A stretch of DNA of 33,903 bases from an uncultured Bacilli bacterium (GTDB lineage Bacteria > Bacillota_I > Bacilli_A > RF39 > UBA660), in assembly GCA_944333345.1 (NCBI GenBank), contig CALVKW010000003.1, positions 1 to 33,903 on the forward strand, written 5' to 3'. Below, one piece after another: positions 28,662 to 33,903 of this stretch. Positions within the stretch are counted from its first letter, which is position 1, and every line of letters begins with the position of its first letter. Position numbers and translations under genes: made by a program. The notes below the pieces were generated by a model. That model was not told where the DNA came from. It ran no database searches and saw nothing but the letters and a program-made list of their open reading frames with translations.

Positions 28662-29533
28662 TATTGATATAGTTCTTGTCGAAGCAAATCTAAATTATTA
28701 TTCATAATATCAATATAATCAAGATTATCAGAACGATCACTATCAGATAAATTATCTAATTTATGTAACTCTTGTCTTTTTAAATCAGGGTAGTCATCAA
28801 GTAATTTTTGTGCATTATCATTTAATGAATCACCTTGGAACATATATAAATATGATATTTCACCACTCTCAATCAATTCTTCAGCATCACTTATCGTCTT
28901 AGCAGTAGCATCACTATCAATACATATAACAGTTAATCCAAACTTTTCTAAATAATTCAAAGTAGAGCTAGCAACAACAATAGTTTTATGACTTGTATTT
29001 TCAACCATCAAACGATAATCAGCATCAAGTTCAGAAAGATCAACTTTTAATTTTTCATACGCTTCATCAATATCACGTTTTATATAATTACTAGTAACAT
29101 ATTCTTCTAGGCCAATGCGCACATTTTGGGCCATCATTAATAAAGAAGAAGGGTTTAACCATAACTCTTCAGGAGAGTAATCTGTTTCTAACACATAAGC
29201 AGAATCAATTATTCTTAAATTAGAATTTAAATCTAACAAATCAAACGTCAAATTACTCTCTTTTTTTATCAGTCCATTATAAATAAATAAGTCATAATTA
29301 CTAAAATCACGTTTTTGCTTTTTATTAATACGATATTCATCAATATCGACTCCATCTGGATAAACAGAAGTAACGGTAGAATGTTCACCATACAACTTTT
29401 GCGTAATATATTCATTAGGATAATTAGTGACTAAAATACGTATATCATCCATATTATCTTGCTTACAACCCGTAGTAGTAAATATTATAGTAATAAATAA
29501 CACAAATAATAGTAATAACTTTTTTCTTTTCAT
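28661..29533 (-). CDS. ZnuA/TroA-like ABC substrate-binding lipoprotein (atypical ligands)
   Basis: Own SD AAGGAG and ATG; signal peptide with TTGC lipobox; [31 protein letters not shown]. Confidence 0.75.
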   Translation of the reverse strand: MKRKKLLLLFVLFITIIFTTTGCKQDNMDDIRILVTNYPNEYITQKLYGEHSTVTSVYPDGVDIDEYRINKKQKRDFSNYDLFIYNGLIKKESNLTFDLLDLNSNLRIIDSAYVLETDYSPEELWLNPSSLLMMAQNVRIGLEEYVTSNYIKRDIDEAYEKLKVDLSELDADYRLMVENTSHKTIVVASSTLNYLEKFGLTVICIDSDATAKTISDAEELIESGEISYLYMFQGDSLNDNAQKLLDDYPDLKRQELHKLDNLSDSDRSDNLDYIDIMNNNLDLLRQELYQ

Positions 29534-29755
29534 TCTTTTTCTCCTTACTTTCGTTACCGGATCATAACCATATCCTCCAAGAGGATGACATCTAAGAATT
29601 CGCTTTATCCCAAGATATATTCCATACCAAACACCATGAATTTCAATAGCTTCTATCATATAATTGGAACAAGTTGGGATAAAACGACAACTTGCGTGAA
29701 ACCTTCCTGGTATCTTTTGATAAAAGCGAATAAGCGATATAATTGTCCTCTTCAC
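29534..29755 (-). CDS. yidD: Membrane protein insertion efficiency factor YidD (no stop codon; reads into the downstream lipoprotein)
   Basis: [27 protein letters not shown]; GTG start at 29755 after SD GGGGG. Confidence 0.9.
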
Positions 29756-29844
29756 AAATGGTCCCCCAGTCATTATATTACATATTTCATTTTACTATAA
29801 ACCACATAAAATAGCAATTATAAGTATACTATTTTCTATATTTT

Positions 29845-29853
29845 TGTTATAAT
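29845..29853 (+). promoter_or_regulatory. Extended -10 promoter of rnc
   Basis: TGTTATAAT. Confidence 0.6.
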
Positions 29854-29868
29854 GAGTATGGTGATTAT

Positions 29869-30567
29869 ATGGACGAGTTATTTGAAAAATTAAATATGAA
29901 ACCAAAGAACATAGAATTATATAAAACAGCCTTTTCACATAGTTCTTATGCAAATGAGCACAAGGCAAAACAAGATTATGAACGACTAGAGTTTTTGGGA
30001 GATGCGGTAGTGGATTTAGTAATAGCCGACTATTTATATTCCAATAAAAAAGAAAACGAAGGAGAAATGACAAAAGTAAGAGCAAGTTATGTATGTGAAA
30101 ATGCACTTTACGAATATTCTATGTCATTAGGCCTAAACAAATTTATTAAAGTAGGTCACGGAGAAGAAAAGGAAGGCGGAAAATTTAAAAAAGCAATTGT
30201 TGCTGATATCTTTGAAGCGTTCGTTGGGGCCATTTATTTAGATTTAGGTTATGCAACAGCCAGAAAAACGGTCTTAAATATTATAGTGCCATATATTGAA
30301 AATCCAGCTATTACATTCTTTAGCGACTATAAAAGCGCATTACAAGAATATGTACAGACAACCCAAAAAAGTCTTCATTATGAATTAATAAAAGAAGAAG
30401 GACCAGCCCATAATAAAAGATTTACTGTCCAAGTAAAAATTGATAATATGATATATGGAAAAGGCATTTCCACCTCAAAAAAAGAAGCAGAGCAAGAAGC
30501 TGCCAAAGCAGCCCTAAGCAAGCTAGCTATCAAAAAAGATAATAGCAAAAGAACCCCAACAAAATAG
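29869..30567 (+). CDS. rnc: Ribonuclease III
   Basis: ERLEFLGDAV signature, ADIFEAFVGAIYLD, dsRBD (DYKSALQE...GPAH...SKKEAEQEAA). Confidence 0.97.
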   Translation: MDELFEKLNMKPKNIELYKTAFSHSSYANEHKAKQDYERLEFLGDAVVDLVIADYLYSNKKENEGEMTKVRASYVCENALYEYSMSLGLNKFIKVGHGEEKEGGKFKKAIVADIFEAFVGAIYLDLGYATARKTVLNIIVPYIENPAITFFSDYKSALQEYVQTTQKSLHYELIKEEGPAHNKRFTVQVKIDNMIYGKGISTSKKEAEQEAAKAALSKLAIKKDNSKRTPTK

Positions 30568-30599
30568 AAAAACAAAATGCTAAGAGTGATAATTTTTAT

Positions 30600-30628
30600 T
30601 TGTCTAATACATTAAAATATGCTATAAT
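30600..30628 (+). promoter_or_regulatory. sigmaA promoter ~300 nt upstream of the RNase J gene
   Basis: TTGTCT-N17-TATAAT with extended TG. Confidence 0.65.
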
Positions 30629-30935
30629 AGCAATGTTATTGAAAAGGGAATCCATAAAATATTCATCAATTATAGAATAGAGAATAAAGAAAACTAACTA
30701 AAGCTAAGATAGGAATTACGATGTGCGAGCAAAAAAGACTATAATTAGGCAATGTTATAGAATAATGACTGCTATAAATTTTAATTGAACTAAATAAGCA
30801 ATTAAGAAATAATGATATAAGTACCATTTAAAATTTCAATATTTAGCTAACAAATAGAAACATAGAAAAATTATAATAAAAGAAAAATAGAAAATGAACT
30901 GGATGAAAAAATAGGAAAGAGGAAAGGAGATAAAC

Positions 30936-32588
30936 ATGAGTAAAATTAAAATTTTTGCATTGGGCGGCCTAAATGAAAATGGAAAAAATATGTATATTGT
31001 CAACGTAGATAAAGATATTTTTGTTTTTGATGCCGGACTAAAATATGATAATGATATTAAATTAGGAATTGACTACATTATTCCTAACTTTGATTACTTA
31101 ATAAAGAATAAGAAAAATATTAAAGGAATATTTTTAACCCATGGACACGAAAGTAATATGGGAGCGGTTCCAGACATATTAGAACAACTACCAAATATTC
31201 CAGTATATGGAACGAAACTAACACTGGAAATGGTAAGAAATGATTTAGAGCCAAACCAGATAAAGAAAGCAAATTTAAAAGAGCTAAAGCCACATACAAA
31301 ACTCAATTTTGGTAAAAACTCAATTTTCCCAATCAGTGTAACACATTCCATACCAGATGCAGTATGTTACGTATTATATACTCCAGACGGCGCTATCGTA
31401 TATACCGGAGATTTTGTTTTTGACGCAACGATGCGAGGGGCTTTCAAAACAGATATCGGAAAACTTGCCTATGTCGGAAAACAAGGAGTATTATGCTTAA
31501 TGGCAGAGTCATTCTATGCCGAAAAAGAAGGTCATACTTCACCGAATAATAGAGTAGCAGGATTTATAAGAGAAGTATTTGCAAAAAATCAAAATAGAAT
31601 TATTGCCACTATATTCCCAGCCCATTTCTATCGTATCCAAGAGATTTTTAATGAAGTATCAAAGACTCATAGAAAGCTGGTAATCATGGGAAAGACTCTT
31701 CAAGATACTATCAACAAAGCGATAGAAGAAGGATATCTAGTATTAGATAAAAACAAAATAGGAACGCTCTCTGACCTAGAGAATAAAGATACTATAGTTT
31801 TAATTTCTGATGAAAAAGAAAAACCATTCAATAACCTAGAACGTATTATCAAAGGATACGATAAATATATTAAGATTAAAGAAACGGACACCATATTTAT
31901 TACGGAACCGTCTTATCCAGGGATAGAAAAAAGATCAGCTTTAATCATGGACGAAATTGCTATGCTAGGTGCCAATGCTGTAAGTTTATCAAGTAAAAAA
32001 CATTTGCTACACCATGCATCACGGGAAGATTTAATGTTAATGATAAATTTAATGAATCCTAAATACTATTTTCCAGTAAAAGGGGAATATAGAAATCAAT
32101 ATGCTAATGCCGAAGTGGCCGAAGAATTAGGCATTCCTAAAGAAAATATTATTTTAAAAGAGAATGGGGATGTTGCAGAGTTCATGAAAGGAAAACTTAC
32201 TGGAAGTAAAGAGCATATTGAGATAGATCAAATATTAATTGATGGAAAAAGCCAGGGGGATATTGGAAATCTAGTTTTAAAAGATAGAGAAATGCTTGGT
32301 GAAAATGGAATCGTAATTATTAGCTGTACTCTCGACAAGCAAACAAAAGGAATTTTAGGTGGGCCAGAAATTTTGACCAGGGGATTTGTTTATGTAAAGG
32401 AAAGCCAAGATTTATTAGAGCAAACAAAAATTATTGCCAAAGAAGTAATAGAGGCAAACATTGAAAAAAACACCAAAAGAGTAGATTATGCAAAAATAAA
32501 AAATGAAGTTAGAGAATACTTAGGAAAATATTTCTATCAAGAAACAGAATCAAAACCAATGATTATCACAGTAATTCAGGAAGTGTAA
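30936..32588 (+). CDS. rnj: Ribonuclease J family protein, J2-like (degenerate catalytic motifs)
   Basis: ALGGLNENGKNM, THGHESNMG, THSIPD, YTGDF, GPEILTRGFVYV. Confidence 0.92.
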   Translation: MSKIKIFALGGLNENGKNMYIVNVDKDIFVFDAGLKYDNDIKLGIDYIIPNFDYLIKNKKNIKGIFLTHGHESNMGAVPDILEQLPNIPVYGTKLTLEMVRNDLEPNQIKKANLKELKPHTKLNFGKNSIFPISVTHSIPDAVCYVLYTPDGAIVYTGDFVFDATMRGAFKTDIGKLAYVGKQGVLCLMAESFYAEKEGHTSPNNRVAGFIREVFAKNQNRIIATIFPAHFYRIQEIFNEVSKTHRKLVIMGKTLQDTINKAIEEGYLVLDKNKIGTLSDLENKDTIVLISDEKEKPFNNLERIIKGYDKYIKIKETDTIFITEPSYPGIEKRSALIMDEIAMLGANAVSLSSKKHLLHHASREDLMLMINLMNPKYYFPVKGEYRNQYANAEVAEELGIPKENIILKENGDVAEFMKGKLTGSKEHIEIDQILIDGKSQGDIGNLVLKDREMLGENGIVIISCTLDKQTKGILGGPEILTRGFVYVKESQDLLEQTKIIAKEVIEANIEKNTKRVDYAKIKNEVREYLGKYFYQETESKPMIITVIQEV

Positions 32589-32589
32589 T

Positions 32590-33057
32590 ATGAAAAAGAA
32601 AGTAGTTATATCTATGGTAATGACAATAACGATTTTTTGTTGTACTGCCTGTAATCCGGAAACAGGTACAATGACCTGCAAAATGAGTTCTTATCCCACA
32701 GATGGAATTACACTACGTTCCACATATACTGCAGAATATAAAAATAATATTGTAAAAACTCTAGAAACAACAGAACAAGTCACTGCAGAAGACAAAGATA
32801 ATTTAGAAGTATACAAAGAACGAATACAAGAGTTATATCAAGGATATCAAGGAATTGATTATTATCAAAATAAAACAGAAATTAAAGGAAATACATTAAC
32901 AAGTACTACTAAAATCAACTATGAAAAAGTAGATACAGATAAATTAATTGAAGTAGATAGCGATAATGGTGGTATAATAAGAAATGGAAAGGTTAACATT
33001 GATGATTTAAGAGAAATGTACGAACAAAACGGATGTAATTGCAAGAAGGAGGAATGA
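32590..33057 (+). CDS. Lipoprotein, YehR/DUF1307-like
   Basis: Signal peptide with CTAC lipobox; beta-rich body, INYEKVD, C-terminal YEQNGCNCK. Confidence 0.65.
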   Translation: MKKKVVISMVMTITIFCCTACNPETGTMTCKMSSYPTDGITLRSTYTAEYKNNIVKTLETTEQVTAEDKDNLEVYKERIQELYQGYQGIDYYQNKTEIKGNTLTSTTKINYEKVDTDKLIEVDSDNGGIIRNGKVNIDDLREMYEQNGCNCKKEE

Positions 33058-33058
33058 C

Positions 33059-33448
33059 ATGTTCGTAACAAATAATATATATAGAATACCAGTATATAGT
33101 ATAGTGAAAGATAAATTAATATCCGAAAAAAGGACAATAGAAAACATTGGTTGGGGATTAGTAGAAAAAGGCCCATTTCATCCAGCAACAGATGCGATTA
33201 GTAATTTCTCATTTGCTGAAATAGAACAAACGTCCGAAGGAAAAATTTTAGGCTATAGTGAGCAAGCATTACAAGACGATAAACAAGTATTGGCCGTGTT
33301 CAAAACAGATTTTACTCCAGAAAATATAGCAAATAAACAAGTCAGACAAGATTATATAGAAGAGTATTTTCAATCAGGGGTAATAAAAGAACGTCAAGAA
33401 GCCATCGTAACGGAAAGAAGATTAAAAGGAATGAAAAATACAAAATAG
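33059..33448 (+). CDS. Hypothetical protein
   Basis: 129-aa ORF with SD AAGGAGG. Confidence 0.65.
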   Translation: MFVTNNIYRIPVYSIVKDKLISEKRTIENIGWGLVEKGPFHPATDAISNFSFAEIEQTSEGKILGYSEQALQDDKQVLAVFKTDFTPENIANKQVRQDYIEEYFQSGVIKERQEAIVTERRLKGMKNTK

Positions 33449-33472
33449 TTTTAACAATCGTTAAAGCTTTCT

Positions 33473-33512
33473 GTCCTCGTAGCTCAGCAGGATAGAGCAA
33501 TCGCCTCCTAAG
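33473..33512 (+). pseudogene. 5' half of tRNA-Arg(CCT), truncated just after the anticodon loop (candidate att site)
   Basis: GTCCTCG TA GCTC AGCAGGATA GAGC A ATCGC CTCCTAA G, then no matching anticodon stem or T arm. Confidence 0.85.
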
Positions 33513-33520
33513 GGGTTGTT

Positions 33521-33557
33521 TAAAATAAAGGAAAATGTTTTAGAAACCTTTATTTTA
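33521..33557. repeat. Perfect 11-bp inverted repeat
   Basis: TAAAATAAAGG-N15-CCTTTATTTTA. Confidence 0.85.
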
Positions 33558-33586
33558 CGAGGAAGGACAGAATTTAAAGAAATAAG

Positions 33587-33608
33587 ATAGTCGCAAAATA
33601 GTCGCGAA
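33587..33608. repeat. Tandem 11-bp direct repeat (integrase arm-site-like)
   Basis: ATAGTCGCAAA ATAGTCGCGAA. Confidence 0.75.
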
Positions 33609-33693
33609 AATTTGTCTTTATCTTTAAAAAAAACAATAAAGTTTTGAAAAATTACCTTAATTTTGATATTTATTTGTTAAGATTAAGGTATAT

Positions 33694-33770
33694 GTCCCTG
33701 TAGCATAATAGGAAAATGCCTTCGCCTCCTAAGCGAAAGATTGGGTGTTCGAGTCACCTCAGGGACGCCA
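33694..33770 (+). tRNA. tRNA-Arg(CCT), complete, CCA encoded
   Basis: Acceptor GTCCCTG/CAGGGAC, D stem GCAT/ATGC, anticodon stem TTCGC/GCGAA with loop CTCCTAA, T arm GGGTG-TTCGAGT-CACCT, G-CCA end. Confidence 0.93.
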
Positions 33771-33785
33771 TTTTTGTGTTAATTC

Positions 33786-33824
33786 AACTGATTTAGATAC
33801 TATAAACTAAATCAGTTTTATTTT
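33786..33824 (+). terminator. Terminator after the tRNA
   Basis: AACTGATTTAG-N10-CTAAATCAGTT plus TTATTTT. Confidence 0.7.
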
Positions 33825-33828
33825 GTAA

Positions 33829-33903
33829 ATGTTAGGAGAAAATGGTATTGTTATTATTAGTTGTACTCTAGATAGAGAGACTAAAAAGATATTAGCAGGA
33901 CCA
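33829..33903 (+). pseudogene. 5'-truncated diverged copy of the RNase J C-terminal region (runs off the window)
   Basis: MLGENGIVIISCTLDRETKKILAGP vs MLGENGIVIISCTLDKQTKGILGGP at 32292-32366; in-frame TAA immediately upstream. Confidence 0.85.

Larger units (their letters stand above)
33513..33903. mobile_element. Probable left end or remnant of an element integrated in tRNA-Arg(CCT)
   Basis: Inferred from the split tRNA, flanking inverted and direct repeats, and the divergent tRNA copy; no integrase in the window. Confidence 0.5.

Noticed and set aside
838-33188. Numerous 60-115 aa ORFs in the track that overlap long genes, mostly antisense (e.g. 838-1071, 13066-13401, 16656-17003, 19662-19937, 29585-29800, 29795-30106)
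   Set aside because: Shadow ORFs of well-supported genes; no SD and no protein-like motifs.
33510-33730. Group I intron in tRNA-Arg(CCT): the two anticodons are ~220 nt apart
   Set aside because: The spliced product would have mismatched acceptor (C-A) and anticodon (A-A) stems. The insert ends in a full second tRNA 5' half and shows no group I core elements.
1-33903. CRISPR array, integron attC array, IS elements or prophage structural genes
   Set aside because: No regularly spaced repeats, and no cas, integrase, transposase or virion genes were recognised. The intergenic hairpins differ in sequence and look like terminators.

Overview
Very AT-rich chromosomal segment of a low-GC Bacillota (Bacilli-like) organism, with almost all genes on the + strand. 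Bacillus-type synteny (tkt-sirA-yneF; rpsT/gpr-spoIIP) and the orphan-gene style suggest an uncultured gut lineage such as RF39; this is an inference. Layout: (i) 1-11.6 kb is an accessory block of orphans: two HExxH zincin-like proteins, membrane proteins, an HD phosphohydrolase, two proteins sharing an unrecognised ~60-70 aa domain, two genes interrupted near their 5' ends and an uncalled 55-aa ORF. (ii) 11.6-24.5 kb holds core and sporulation genes (tkt, sirA, yneF, uvrC, a lone type IV pilin-like gene, mutL, miaA, a transglutaminase-like protein, rpsT, gpr, spoIIP). (iii) 24.5-28.6 kb holds a helical/mTERF-like three-gene operon and a frameshifted HGT-motif ADP-ribosyltransferase-like gene. 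(iv) 28.6-33.4 kb holds yidD running in frame into a His-less ZnuA/TroA-like lipoprotein, rnc, an RNase J2-like gene with a ~300-nt leader, and a lipoprotein. (v) The right end has the most striking feature: a host-like tRNA-Arg(CCT) cut off just after the anticodon loop, followed by att-like repeats, a complete sequence-divergent tRNA-Arg(CCT), and a diverged second copy of the 3' part of the RNase J gene. This is probably the edge of an integrated element that destroys and replaces its target tRNA. All calls come from manual reading and motif recognition; no database searches were run.
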